Part shown: positions 18,787-28,997 of the stretch, piece after piece
Position numbering within the stretch: the stretch's first letter is position 1
How the letters are laid out: the number at the start of each line of letters is the position of its first letter
DNA from: an uncultured Candidatus Binatia bacterium
GTDB taxonomy: Bacteria; Desulfobacterota; Binatia; UBA9968; JAJDTQ01
Direction of reading: 5' to 3'
Assembly: GCA_964291295.2 (NCBI GenBank)
Contig: OZ219754.1
Span: 3,136,001-3,200,000, forward strand
DNA length: 64,000 bases
Translations under genes and position numbers: made by a program
The notes under the pieces: model-generated
What the model was told of the DNA's origin: nothing
Databases searched by the model: none
Seen by the model: the letters and a program-made list of their open reading frames with translations, nothing else

Positions 18787-20241
18787 TCAACCGTCGCCGT
18801 CTCCGGGACCGGCGCGACCGTAGGCGTCCTCGTAGCGGACGATATCGTCCTCTTCCAGGTACGATCCGCACTGGACCTCCACCACCTCCAGCGGCACGGT
18901 GCCGGGATTCGCCAGCCGGTGCTTCATCCCCCGGGAAATACAGGTGGACTGATTCTCCGACAGCACCAAAGTTGCCTCCCCCCGGGTCACACGTGCGCGG
19001 CCGCGGACGACGGTCCAGTGCTCGGAGCGGTGTTCATGAGATTGCAGGGAGAGGGCGTGGCCGGGCCGGACGACGATGAGCCTGACCTTGAAACCATCGC
19101 CCACCCGCAAGTCCCGGAACGTGCCCCAGGGACGCCGGACCTCGCGGTGCACCCGGTGCTCGCGCCGGCCCGCCGACCGGAGCACGGCCACCACCCTCTC
19201 CATGTCCCGGGCCGCGTCCCGGCCGGCCACCAGCACGACATCGCCGGTGTCCACGATGACAAGGTCGGACACGCCCACCGCCGCCACCAGACGCTCCCCG
19301 GCACGGATGCAGGTGTCGCGAACGCCCTCCAGGACGGTGTCGCCGTGGACCACGTTGCCGGCCACGTCCTTCTCGCCAAGATCAGCCAGCGCCGCCCAGG
19401 AACCGATGTCCGACCACCCGGCGGCCAGCGGCACCATCACCGCGGCGGCCGTGCGTTCCATGATCGCGTGGTCCACCGAAACGGCCGGAGACGCGGCGAA
19501 CGGCACCGCCCCCAGCCGGAGGAAACCGGCGTCCCGGACCGCGGCGCGGTGGGCCTGTGCCGCCGCCTCGTTCACCGCCGGCGCATGAACGCCGAGTTCC
19601 CGCAGGAACACCGCGGCCGAGAACGCGAACAGGCCGCTGTTCCAGTAGTAACCGCCCTCCCGCAGGAAGCCGGCGGCTTCCGCGGCATCGGGCTTCTCGA
19701 CGAACCGCTCCACCCTGCGGCCGTCGTCGCTGACGCCGGTGGCCCCGGCCGCCTTGATGTAGCCGTATCCGGTATCCGCATGTGCCGGAGCGACGCCGAA
19801 GGTCACCAGGTGGCCGGCGGCGGCCTCCAGGACGGCGGCCCGGACCGCGGCGGCGAAGCGGTGGGGCTCCGACATCACATGGTCGGCCGGAAGCACCAAC
19901 AGGAGGACGTCGTGCCCGCGGTCGCCCAGCGCGAGCGCTTCCAGTGCCGCCGCGGCCACGGCCGGCGCGGTATTCCGCCCCGCGGGCTCCAGCAGCACGG
20001 CCGACGGCGTCGCGCCGAGGGCGTCCATCTGCTCGGCCACCATGAACCGGTGCGACTCGTTGCAGACCACGATGGGGGCCTCCACCGCATCAAGCGAAGC
20101 CAGCCGCCGGACCGTGGACTGGAACGGCGTGTGTGCCTCCAGCAGCGGGATGAACTGCTTCGGATAAAGCTCCCGGGAAAGGGGCCAGAGGCGCGTTCCC
20201 GCACCGCCCGAGAGGATCACGGGGAAGAGGACGTGGCTCAT
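18787..20241 (-). CDS. manC: Mannose-1-phosphate guanylyltransferase / mannose-6-phosphate isomerase
   Basis: ILSGGAGTRLWPLSRELYPKQF, EPAGRNTAPA, FVEKP, WNSG, WSDIGSW, RPWG, SLQSHEHRSEHW. Confidence 0.93.
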   Translation of the reverse strand: MSHVLFPVILSGGAGTRLWPLSRELYPKQFIPLLEAHTPFQSTVRRLASLDAVEAPIVVCNESHRFMVAEQMDALGATPSAVLLEPAGRNTAPAVAAAALEALALGDRGHDVLLLVLPADHVMSEPHRFAAAVRAAVLEAAAGHLVTFGVAPAHADTGYGYIKAAGATGVSDDGRRVERFVEKPDAAEAAGFLREGGYYWNSGLFAFSAAVFLRELGVHAPAVNEAAAQAHRAAVRDAGFLRLGAVPFAASPAVSVDHAIMERTAAAVMVPLAAGWSDIGSWAALADLGEKDVAGNVVHGDTVLEGVRDTCIRAGERLVAAVGVSDLVIVDTGDVVLVAGRDAARDMERVVAVLRSAGRREHRVHREVRRPWGTFRDLRVGDGFKVRLIVVRPGHALSLQSHEHRSEHWTVVRGRARVTRGEATLVLSENQSTCISRGMKHRLANPGTVPLEVVEVQCGSYLEEDDIVRYEDAYGRAGPGDGDG

Positions 20242-20642
20242 GCCGGCCAACCCGCCTCCCAGCCCTGGAACGAACTTGTCACGGCCCCAGACTATACCAG
20301 AGCGGGAACAGCGGCAAAGGGGCGCGCGGACGGGACGACCGGCGACGGGTTGGAGTCGCCGGCCGCGCACGGGTGCGAGCATATTCCAGCAAGAAGATGA
20401 GCCTGTGCAGGGGGCCGTGGGAAGGTTGAGGAAGGCACGGTGGAGGAGATGCCTGATCTTTGCGTTGGAATCGCCTCGCCTTTTCAGGCTCACCTTGCAT
20501 TGGACAAGACTTTGCGTTGACCCGCGGTTTCGGGCCGAATATACTGGCCGGACCGATGCTTGGCCCTTGGGCGTCCACGGGCCTCTGCGATCTTTGGGAA
20601 GCCGCACGAAGCCGCGGCAGACCCGCGGACACTGAAAACATC

Positions 20643-21095
20643 ATGGGTACGGTCCACGAAATCCATATCGCACCCCGGGGCGGTGCACGCATGCGCAAGG
20701 TGGACGAGGCCGAGGCGGTGGCTGGCATGGGGCTCAAGGGCGACCGCTACTGCGAGCGAACCGGCTGCTACAGCGGCGGGGACGAATGTCAGGTGACCCT
20801 CATCGAAGCCGAGGAGCTCGAAGCCATCGCGGCGGACTCCGGCCTGCGAGTGCTGGACGGAGAGCACCGGCGCAACATCGTCACCCGCGGCGTCCGGCTT
20901 GACGCGTTGGCGGGGCATGCCTTCCGCGTCGGGGACGCGGTACTGGCCTTCGACCGGCCGCGGCCGCCGTGCGCCTATATCCAGTCCATCACCGAACCCG
21001 GCATGACCCGGGCCCTGGCCGGCCGCAGCGGCATCTGCGCACAGGTGGTCAAGGGCGGCATCATCCGGCCCGGCGACGACATCGCCGTGCCGTAG
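20643..21095 (+). CDS. MOSC domain protein
   Basis: GLKGDRY, QVTLIEAE, RRNIVTRG, RPPC, GGIIRPGD. Confidence 0.85.
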   Translation: MGTVHEIHIAPRGGARMRKVDEAEAVAGMGLKGDRYCERTGCYSGGDECQVTLIEAEELEAIAADSGLRVLDGEHRRNIVTRGVRLDALAGHAFRVGDAVLAFDRPRPPCAYIQSITEPGMTRALAGRSGICAQVVKGGIIRPGDDIAVP

Positions 21096-21121
21096 GCAGG
21101 ACCGGAAACGGACCGCGGCCC

Positions 21122-22402
21122 GTGCAAGACAGCGTGCCCCACGACCCGCCGTCCCGTCCGCCCCCCACGTTCTTCTACGGCTGGATCATCCTCCTGGGCG
21201 GCTTCCTCATCCTGGTGGTGGACGGCGGCGTTCGTTTCTCCTTCGGCGTCCTGGTGAAGCCGCTGGCGGCCGAGTTCGGTTGGCACCGGGGCGCCATCAC
21301 GTTCGCCTACACCCTGAACATGCTGGTGTTCGGCCTCGGGCAGATGACGGCCGGGCGGCTGCTGGACCGGTACGGGCCGCGCGTGCTGTTCCCGGTGTCG
21401 GCCCTGCTGGCTTCCGCCGGCCTCTTGTTGACATCCCGGACCCATTCCATCGCCGAACTCTATCTCTACTACGGCGTCGTCACCGCGGTGGGGGTGTCGG
21501 GCATCACCATCGGCGTCGTGTCGTCCACCGTATCCCGCTGGTTCAGGAGCCTGCGGGGCCTCATCGGCGGCATCGCCGTCACCGGCACCGCCTTCGGACA
21601 CTTCACGGTCGTCCCGGTGCTGGCCTTCTCGCTGGAGCGTTTCGGCTGGCGCGGTTCGTGGATGGGCTTGGGCATCCTGGTCTCCGCAGTGGTGATCCCG
21701 GTGTCGCTGGCGGTGATGAAGAAGGAGCCGGCGGACATGGGGTTGTTGCCCTACGACAGGAGCCTCAGGATCAGGCCGGGCATCACACCGCCCGCCCCGG
21801 ACTTCTCGCCCAGGGAAGCGTTCCTCTCCCGCAGCTTCCTGTTCGTGGCCTGTGCCTACGGCATATGCGGCTTTCAGGACTTCTTCTTCGTGACCCAGTT
21901 CATCCCCTTCGCCACGGACACCGGCCTCACCGGCCAGCACGCCTCGAACATCCAGGGCCTGTCCGGACTGTTGAGCCTGGCCGGCGTGCTGATCTTTCCG
22001 GCGTTGACGGAAAAGGCGGGCCACGGCCTTCCCCTGTCCTTCATGTTCCTCCTGCGCCTGCTCTGTTTCGGGCTGCTGGCGGTCTCGTCCGCGGAACCGG
22101 CCCTGTTCGCGGCCGCCTTGTTGATGGGGTTCACGCTGATGGCCACGGCGCCGCTGGCGGCGGCCATGACCGGCGACTACTTCGGAGTCCGGCACATCGG
22201 CCTGATCACCGGAGCGATTCTCTGGATCCACCACACCGGCGGGGCGCTGGGCGCCCTTCTCGGGGGCCTGGTCCATGATGCCACGGGTTCCTATGCCGGC
22301 ATGTTCCTGACCTGCCTGATGATGGCGCTCATGGGCGCGGCCGCATGTCTCGGCATCCGGCCGCCCGGCGGATCGCTGATACCCCGGCCCCTCCGCCCTT
22401 GA
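21122..22402 (+). CDS. MFS transporter (OFA/YhjX-like); start uncertain
   Basis: FFYGWII, GRLLDRYGPR, ~12 TM helices. Confidence 0.85.
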   Translation: MQDSVPHDPPSRPPPTFFYGWIILLGGFLILVVDGGVRFSFGVLVKPLAAEFGWHRGAITFAYTLNMLVFGLGQMTAGRLLDRYGPRVLFPVSALLASAGLLLTSRTHSIAELYLYYGVVTAVGVSGITIGVVSSTVSRWFRSLRGLIGGIAVTGTAFGHFTVVPVLAFSLERFGWRGSWMGLGILVSAVVIPVSLAVMKKEPADMGLLPYDRSLRIRPGITPPAPDFSPREAFLSRSFLFVACAYGICGFQDFFFVTQFIPFATDTGLTGQHASNIQGLSGLLSLAGVLIFPALTEKAGHGLPLSFMFLLRLLCFGLLAVSSAEPALFAAALLMGFTLMATAPLAAAMTGDYFGVRHIGLITGAILWIHHTGGALGALLGGLVHDATGSYAGMFLTCLMMALMGAAACLGIRPPGGSLIPRPLRP

Positions 22403-22835
22403 GCGGGTCCTTCGCCGTTCGCCTCCGCTCCCGCAGCGCTCTGCCCCTCGGTCCTCCAGGGGCCACGCATCCGCATGGACGGGGTCGGTTCCGCACCCTG
22501 ATCGAGGCTGGCATGGGTGCCGGGCCCACGCTCCCGCATGGACGGAGGTCCGGATTCTTGTACGGCGAGGGGCGACGCGGGCCGGTTCACCGGTCCGGGA
22601 GCAGCGGTCCATGGGGGAGGCGACCGCGTTGTCGATGGGCCGGTTGCGGCCTCGAAGGAGGCGCCACCAGGGCAGCAACGCCACAGCGGTGGCCGGTCAC
22701 GACAGGTGCCCGGGGCGGACATGACCCCGCGCGGGCAGCCCCCGGATGCGGGGATCGCGCGGCCGCCACCGCCAGGGACGACAAGATGCGGAAAACCGTG
22801 CGCGGGGCAGGGCGGCAAGCGCGGCGGGGCGGCCG

Positions 22836-23969
22836 TCAGTCGCCGGCCACCCGGAACCGCTCCATGAAACGGCTGTCCAGGTGGTCCTTGAGCCGCCAGC
22901 ACCAGCGGGCGTGGGCCGTCCATCCCCGGTAGTCCATCAACGCCTTGCCGTCGCCGGTGTTCAGGAGCCGCAGGAAGTCGCGCTGCGGCCGGAACGCCGA
23001 CAGCGGCTCGCCGCGCAGCCGCGCGCCGATATTCCGCCACAGGACCGGGCCCTGGCGCACCGCGTACACGCCCGCCCTGGGAACGGTGGCGTCCACCAGG
23101 GTGGCGCTGTCGCCCACCGCGAAGACATTGTCCGGACCGGTGGACTGGAGGGTATCGCGGGTGAGCAGGAAGCCCCTGGAATCCTTCGGAAGGTTCATGT
23201 TCGCCACCAGCGGCGGCGGGGCCGCCCCGGTGGCCAGCACCGCCAGGTCCGCGGGGATGCGGCGGTCGTCGGCGCACACCACTTCCCGGTCCCCGACGCG
23301 CGTGACCCGGGCGTCCGTCACCATTTCCACCTCCCGCGCCGCCAGCAGGGCCTCTGCCTTGCACAGGGCCGGTGGAGCCAGTCCGCCGCCGACGCGCCGC
23401 CCCGCCTCCACAAGGGTGATCGTGTAGCTCGATCCGTCCAGCACCCGGTGCAGGCAGGCGGGCAGACAAAGGGTGATCTCGATGCCCCCCGCCCCGCCAC
23501 CGATGACCACCACCCGCGTCGCCTCGCGACCCTGATGGCGCAACTCCTGCAGACGCTCATGGAGACGCAGGAGAAACGTCTGCATGGGCTTGATGGGCAC
23601 CCCGACGCCAGCGGACGCATCCATGCCGATGCGGTTCGGCACCGACCCGACACCCACGGACAGGATGTCGAAGCGTATCGGCTCATGGCGCCCGAACCGC
23701 ACGGTCCGCGTTTCCGTGTCCACGCCGAGAGCCGCTTCCACCACGAGGTCGGCCCCGGCGGCACGGGCGAGTCCCCGGAGATCGATCTCCAGCGTGCCCG
23801 GAGCGTACTGGCCCGACAGGGTGCCGGGCAGCATGCCGGAATAGCTGGAAACGGCGAAGCTCGATATGCAGACCAGGCGGGCGCCGGGGAGAGGCTGCCG
23901 CCGCCACATCTCCAGGACGTGCGCATTGGTGTGGCCGATGCCCAGAAGGACGATCTGCTGCTCAGGCAA
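22836..23969 (-). CDS. FAD-dependent pyridine nucleotide-disulphide oxidoreductase, resembling the N-terminal domain of SelD fusions
   Basis: VLLGIGHTN, YSGMLPG, VVIGGGAGGIE, FAVGD, AGVYAVRQGP, LKDHLDSRFM; TTG start overlaps the GST stop. Confidence 0.8.
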   Translation of the reverse strand: MPEQQIVLLGIGHTNAHVLEMWRRQPLPGARLVCISSFAVSSYSGMLPGTLSGQYAPGTLEIDLRGLARAAGADLVVEAALGVDTETRTVRFGRHEPIRFDILSVGVGSVPNRIGMDASAGVGVPIKPMQTFLLRLHERLQELRHQGREATRVVVIGGGAGGIEITLCLPACLHRVLDGSSYTITLVEAGRRVGGGLAPPALCKAEALLAAREVEMVTDARVTRVGDREVVCADDRRIPADLAVLATGAAPPPLVANMNLPKDSRGFLLTRDTLQSTGPDNVFAVGDSATLVDATVPRAGVYAVRQGPVLWRNIGARLRGEPLSAFRPQRDFLRLLNTGDGKALMDYRGWTAHARWCWRLKDHLDSRFMERFRVAGD

Positions 23970-24573
23970 TGGTACGGACCGACGGACGCCCGGTGACGCG
24001 CGGGTACCACGCGCGCAGGAGCGGCAGGCTCGGATGCGGCAGGGTCCCCCACTGGACGTGGCGCATGATCCGGGGCACGTGGGCGGCATCCAGGAGCGAG
24101 AAAGCGCCGGCCATGTAGTCGCGCCCTTCGAGTGCGCGTTCCAGCGGCTGCAACTGCTCGACGAACCGGGCCCTGGCCGCGGCCAGGGCCGAGGCGTCGC
24201 GCCCGCCCTCAGCCTTCATCATCTCGGCACGAACCGCCTGGTGGCTGTCGTTGGTGTGATGGATGCCGTAGTCGATGAGGAGCCGTATCCTGGCGCGCGC
24301 CGCGGCGTCGGCCGGAAGCAGCGGCGGCTCCGGGTACCTGTCCTGCAGGTATTCGTTGATGATGCAGGACTCGTAGAGCACGGTGTCGCCGTCCACCAGC
24401 ACCGGCACCTTGCCGTAGGGGTTCATGGCGAGATACGCGGGGGTCTTCTGCTCCAGCTTGCGCAGATCCACCGGGACCGTTTCGTACGCCAGCCCCTTCT
24501 CCTCCAGCACGATCTTCACCCGCTGGCAGTTGGGCGAGGACTTGAAGTCGTACAAACGGATGGCATCACTCAT
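23962..24573 (-). CDS. Glutathione S-transferase family protein
   Basis: SPNCQRV, NPYGKVPVLVDG, LYESCIINEYL; AAGGAG RBS. Confidence 0.9.
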   Translation of the reverse strand: MSDAIRLYDFKSSPNCQRVKIVLEEKGLAYETVPVDLRKLEQKTPAYLAMNPYGKVPVLVDGDTVLYESCIINEYLQDRYPEPPLLPADAAARARIRLLIDYGIHHTNDSHQAVRAEMMKAEGGRDASALAAARARFVEQLQPLERALEGRDYMAGAFSLLDAAHVPRIMRHVQWGTLPHPSLPLLRAWYPRVTGRPSVRTIA

Positions 24574-24631
24574 GTCCGGCTCCTTGCCGGCAGTACGCAC
24601 GGAGGTCACGCCGGCGCAGGTTCGCGTCCCG

Positions 24632-26113
24632 CTACCGCCGGTGGCCCCGCACCAGCCGGTCCAGTTCGTCCCTCCACCGGCCGGACACGGCGTCACGGGT
24701 CTCCTTGTCGATCTGGCTGACCGGCGGAAATTCGTCCTTCCACTCGAAGGGCCGGGTGGCGTCGATGATGGCGCGGGAATTGAGCCCCTTCCGGTGGCGG
24801 GGAATGATCGGATCCAGCGGTCCGCTCCAGGTGCGGCGGAGGATGTCGATGGACTCCTCCGGGTTCGAGCGGGTGCACAGGGCCCACACCACCTCGTTCA
24901 GGTTGGTGATGTCCACGTCGTCGTCCACCACCACCACATACCGCCCCAGATAGGCGCCGGCGTGGCACTGGGCGGCCATGAGGGCGGCCTGCCTGGCGTG
25001 ACCGGGGTAGCGCTGCCTGATGGCAACGACGATCATGAAACGCTGGGCCGGCGGCGGCACGTACACGCCGCATACGTCGGGCACCCCGCCCTTCTCGACT
25101 CCGTTCCAGATCATTGCCGAGCGCAGCATGGAGCGGTACATGCCGTGGATGGTGGGACGGAACGGGGGCGCCCCGGTGAGGATCGGATCGTCCCGGTGAT
25201 AGAGCGCCTTCAACCGCACCACCGGTTCGGCCCTGCGGGCGCTGGCGTAATAGCCGGTCCACTCGCCGAAGGGCCCCTCGGGCCGGGTGTCGCCGGGTAC
25301 GATCTCCCCTTCCACCACGATCTCGGCGGCCGCCGGCACCCGGAGGCCGGTGAGCGGCGCCTCGATGACGCTCAGGGGCTGCTCCACCAGGCCGCCGGCC
25401 CAGGCGTACTCGCTCATGCCCGGCGGCACCGCCTGCGACGCCGCCACGAACAGGAGCGGGTGCTGGCCGAAGGCCATGGCCACCGGCACCGGCTTGCCCG
25501 CCCGGAGCGCTTTCTCCATGTGCATGCGTCCATGCTTTCCCGGGGAGATGTAGAGGGCCAGCTTGTCCGGCTCGTGGACCATGACACGGTAGCAGCCGAC
25601 GTTCTCCGCGCCGGTCTCGGGATCCCGCGTGACCACCAGGTGGGCGGTGCCGAGATAGCGGCCGCCGTCGCCCGCATGCCAGCGGGGTACCGGGATGCCG
25701 AGGATGTCGATGTCCTTGCCGGTCTTGCGATTCTCCAGCACCGGACCCGCGGGCAGCACGCGCGGCTCCACGGGAACCAGGTTCCCCAATCGCCGGCGCA
25801 ACCGGTCGATGACCTCCATGGTACCGATGTCCCGGGGCAGGTTGAGGGTGAGCGCGGTGCGTTCCATGGTCTCCATCATGTTGACCAGGACACGTCCGTT
25901 GCCGTCGTGGCCGGCGACATTCTCGAACAGGAGCGCCGGCGGTGCCGGCAGCCGCTCGCAGATGATCTCGTTCAGCGCCCCCATCTCCCGGTCCCAGTGG
26001 GCGCCGGAAATGCGCTCCAACTGACCCATCGCCTCCACCTGCCCGAGCCACGCGCGCAGATCGTCAAAGGCTGTCAACTCCGGGTCCTGCCGGCGTTGCG
26101 GTCTTGCCATCAT
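24632..26113 (-). CDS. UbiD-family (prFMN-dependent) decarboxylase
   Basis: PALLFENV, DGGRY, NVGCYR, EGPFGEWTGYY, VVVVDDDVD. Confidence 0.9.
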   Translation of the reverse strand: MMARPQRRQDPELTAFDDLRAWLGQVEAMGQLERISGAHWDREMGALNEIICERLPAPPALLFENVAGHDGNGRVLVNMMETMERTALTLNLPRDIGTMEVIDRLRRRLGNLVPVEPRVLPAGPVLENRKTGKDIDILGIPVPRWHAGDGGRYLGTAHLVVTRDPETGAENVGCYRVMVHEPDKLALYISPGKHGRMHMEKALRAGKPVPVAMAFGQHPLLFVAASQAVPPGMSEYAWAGGLVEQPLSVIEAPLTGLRVPAAAEIVVEGEIVPGDTRPEGPFGEWTGYYASARRAEPVVRLKALYHRDDPILTGAPPFRPTIHGMYRSMLRSAMIWNGVEKGGVPDVCGVYVPPPAQRFMIVVAIRQRYPGHARQAALMAAQCHAGAYLGRYVVVVDDDVDITNLNEVVWALCTRSNPEESIDILRRTWSGPLDPIIPRHRKGLNSRAIIDATRPFEWKDEFPPVSQIDKETRDAVSGRWRDELDRLVRGHRR

Positions 26114-26255
26114 GAACCTCCCGGTGGTTGTCCGCGCCGCGCCGCCGCTGCCCGGGTTCCGCTCGGGAAAGGCTCCCGGGGGGAGCGACGGCGCCCGCCG
26201 ATTCCCCGGACCTCGCGGTGTCCGACGAACCTGCCGAAAAGCTCGCGGTCGGACA

Positions 26256-27883
26256 TCAACCCGGCTTCACCCGGCGCCGGGCCAGCTTGGCGCCGGTCTG
26301 GAGGTAGTCGCCCTTCACCGCGAGCCGGGCCTCTTCCGCCCACTCCTCGTCCCACTGCCCCAGCGAATGACCGTACCACGGCGCCTGGGGCTCCAGGGGC
26401 GGCAGCTCCAGCCGGTTCCACAGTTCCCGGGCGTGCTCCATGAACTCGCGCCCGGGCAGCGAGATGGGCGGAAACGGCTCCTTCAGGATGGCGTTGATGA
26501 GCATGCCGGAATCGGTGGCCGGCTGGTGGAACAACTCCCTGGCCGTGACCAGGTGGCCCTCGTCCTCGAACGGCGGGGCATGGCCCTTGACCCGTCCCGG
26601 CTGGATGAGCACATCCTGGTGGGGCCTGGAGCGGTAGCAGATGGCCCACCAGACGGCGTCCAGATTGTGGGGATCGATGTCGTCGTCCACCGCGATGGCG
26701 ATCTTGCCGACGCCGTGCTGATAGTTGGCGATGCTGTGGAGGGCACGCCAGACCTCGCCTTCCGCGGGCTTGCGCATCTGCACGATGACGAGCTTGCGCA
26801 GGTTGGTGAGGGGCTCGTGCATGGCCACCCGGGTGACGCTGCCGATGCCCACGGTGTCCCGCAGGTAGCGCCGGAGCAGCGGCTCGTAACCCACCTTCTT
26901 GATGACGCTGGACTCGCTGGGAGTCACCTGGCTGATGAACGAACACAGCACGGGCCTGCGCTTCATGGTGAGGGCGGTCACCTCCATGAACGGGGACACC
27001 GTGCGCGGATGCAGGTAGCCGTGGGACTCGCCGAAAGGACCCTCGGGCTCCAGCAGGTCCGTGCGGATGAGGCCCTCGGTGACGATCTCGGCGTCGGCCG
27101 GCACCTCGAGGTCCACGGTCCGGCAGCGGACCAGCCGGATCGGCTCTCCGGCCAGGCCGCCGGCGATGGCCATCTCGTCCACCCCCGGCGGCACCTTCTG
27201 CACGGTGCCGCAGGAGACCACCGGCGGTGCCCCCACCACCAGTGCGGCCGGCAGCGGCACGCCGCGCTCGCGGCACTTGTCCCAGTGCGGGAAGATGTGC
27301 TGGTGCGCGCCGGCGTACATGCCCATCCGTCTCTGACTCTTGATCTGTCCGCGGTAGTTGCCCTGGTTGCGGACGCCGGTGTCGGGATCCCGGGTGAACC
27401 AATGCGAGCAGGTGGTGTAGGGCGCGTTGTCGAAACCCGGCGTGGAGATGGGCACCGGTAGCTGGAGCAGGCCGCCGCCCTCCGCATCCAGGTCCGCTCC
27501 CTGCAGCACCACCTCATGGACCGGCCCCGAATCCACGACATGGACCGGCCCCGAATCCACGATGGCGGGTCGACGGGATGCGCCAGCGCCTGCGCCCACA
27601 GCTCGGGGATCTCCGCCACCGGCCGCCCCAGCCCGACCGCGTAGACCTGGGGCGAAGCCGCCAGCGCCGCCACCGCCACCGGCATGTCGTAGAGGCGCCC
27701 GTGGCTGTCCACCACGTTCTCGAACAGGAAGGCCTTGCGCTCCGCCTCGGGGATACCGCCGCGGAACTGCCAGCGCACCAGCGGGTGCATCTCCGTGTCC
27801 TTGTTGATGGGGTGGCGGATGCGCAGCAGGAGCCCTGCGGACTCCAGGTTCTCCAGGTGCGCTTGAAGGTCCGGACAGGCCAT
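26256..27883 (-). CDS. UbiD-family decarboxylase (apparent 1-nt frameshift near 27567, plus an internal 24-bp duplication)
   Basis: N-terminal HPLVRWQFRGG..KAFLFENV in one frame; NQGNYR, EGPFGESHGY and IAVDDDIDP in another; one extra C in GAC CC(C) GCC joins them. Confidence 0.85.
27515..27562. repeat. Exact 24-bp tandem duplication inside ubiD (VDSGPVHV-VDSGPVHE)
   Basis: CATGGACCGGCCCCGAATCCACGA occurs twice in tandem. Confidence 0.9.
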
Positions 27884-27905
27884 GTTCGGCTCGCACGATC
27901 GATGG

Positions 27906-28925
27906 CTACCCGACGTTGCCGCCCGGACGCCGCTCCTCGCGGTAGAGCTCCAGCGATCGTAGCACCGGCCGGTCATCCATGGAGAAGAGCACGGCCTCCT
28001 GGTCGAAAGGGTTCTCGTGGCGGTGCCACTGCCAGTTGGGGATCACGAACGAGTCGCCCTTCTCCCACTCAAGCCACCCCTCGCCCACCGCGGTCCGCCC
28101 GCGGCCCCGGAACACGTGGTACAGCGAGGTGCTGGTATGGCGGTGGGTGCCGGTGACCCAGCCCGGCTTCAGCAGCTGCGCCCCGCACGACAGGGTCGCC
28201 AGGGTGTCGCCGCCGGTCACCGGGTTGATGTAGGCGACCCGGTGACCATCGAAGGGGTCGGCTTCGGCATCGGCGATATTATGGAGCGAGGCGTCGGTGT
28301 CCTCCCACGGGTAGCGGAACGGCAGCCCCCGGCCGGCGGTCTCCGCGCGGGCCGGCGGGCGGGCGAAACCGAAGCGCCTCTGCGCATCGCCGTCGGCGCG
28401 AGTCACCCCCTGGGTCTCCTTGTCGTGGTCTTCGAAGAACAGCAGGTTCAACGCGTTGATGAGCGGGCCATCAAGGCCGTCGAGCCACACGATGGGCTCG
28501 CCGGACTCGTTGTGATGCTCGTGCCAGGTCCAGTTGGGGGTGAGGATCAGGTCGCCCTCCTGCATGGGAAAGCGCTCCCCTTCCACCAGCGTGAAAGCGC
28601 CGCCGCCCTTCACGACGAAGCGGATGGCCGCCATGTTGTGACGATGGGGTCGCGCCACCTCGCCCGGGTTCACCACCGAGAAGGTGAACAGCAGCGTCCG
28701 GGAGGTGGCTCGGGCCGGGTTCTGCGGATTCACCAGCCGGATCGCCCGGCGCTCCGCCAACTCCAGCCCCACGGACTCCCTGGCGTCCATGAGGCACGGA
28801 TAGACCTCCCGCCATTTCCACAGGTGCGGCGCCTCGTCCTGGTGCGCGGGGGTGCGCGTGTTCCAGAAGCCCGAAAGGTCGTGCTCGGCCAGTGAGTCGT
28901 TGAGGTCCTTGAGGTCCATCCTCAT
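27906..28925 (-). CDS. Bicupin dioxygenase, gentisate 1,2-dioxygenase-like
   Basis: AERRAIRLVNP, ARPHRH..AIRF, LTPNWTWHEH, WLDGLD, HRHTS, WHRHEN. Confidence 0.85.
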   Translation of the reverse strand: MRMDLKDLNDSLAEHDLSGFWNTRTPAHQDEAPHLWKWREVYPCLMDARESVGLELAERRAIRLVNPQNPARATSRTLLFTFSVVNPGEVARPHRHNMAAIRFVVKGGGAFTLVEGERFPMQEGDLILTPNWTWHEHHNESGEPIVWLDGLDGPLINALNLLFFEDHDKETQGVTRADGDAQRRFGFARPPARAETAGRGLPFRYPWEDTDASLHNIADAEADPFDGHRVAYINPVTGGDTLATLSCGAQLLKPGWVTGTHRHTSTSLYHVFRGRGRTAVGEGWLEWEKGDSFVIPNWQWHRHENPFDQEAVLFSMDDRPVLRSLELYREERRPGGNVG

Positions 28926-28997
28926 GGGCGTTTCCCCGGAGTTCGGGCAGGGGCGGGCGCGAAACCGGCCCCGCCGGTGACGCCACGCGACCGCAGC

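Noticed and set aside
20501-20515. Sigma54-like GG-N10-GC upstream of the MOSC gene
   Set aside because: TGGACAA deviates from TGGCAC and no activator gene is nearby; chance match likely
22836-23969. selD call
   Set aside because: No selenophosphate synthetase domain is present
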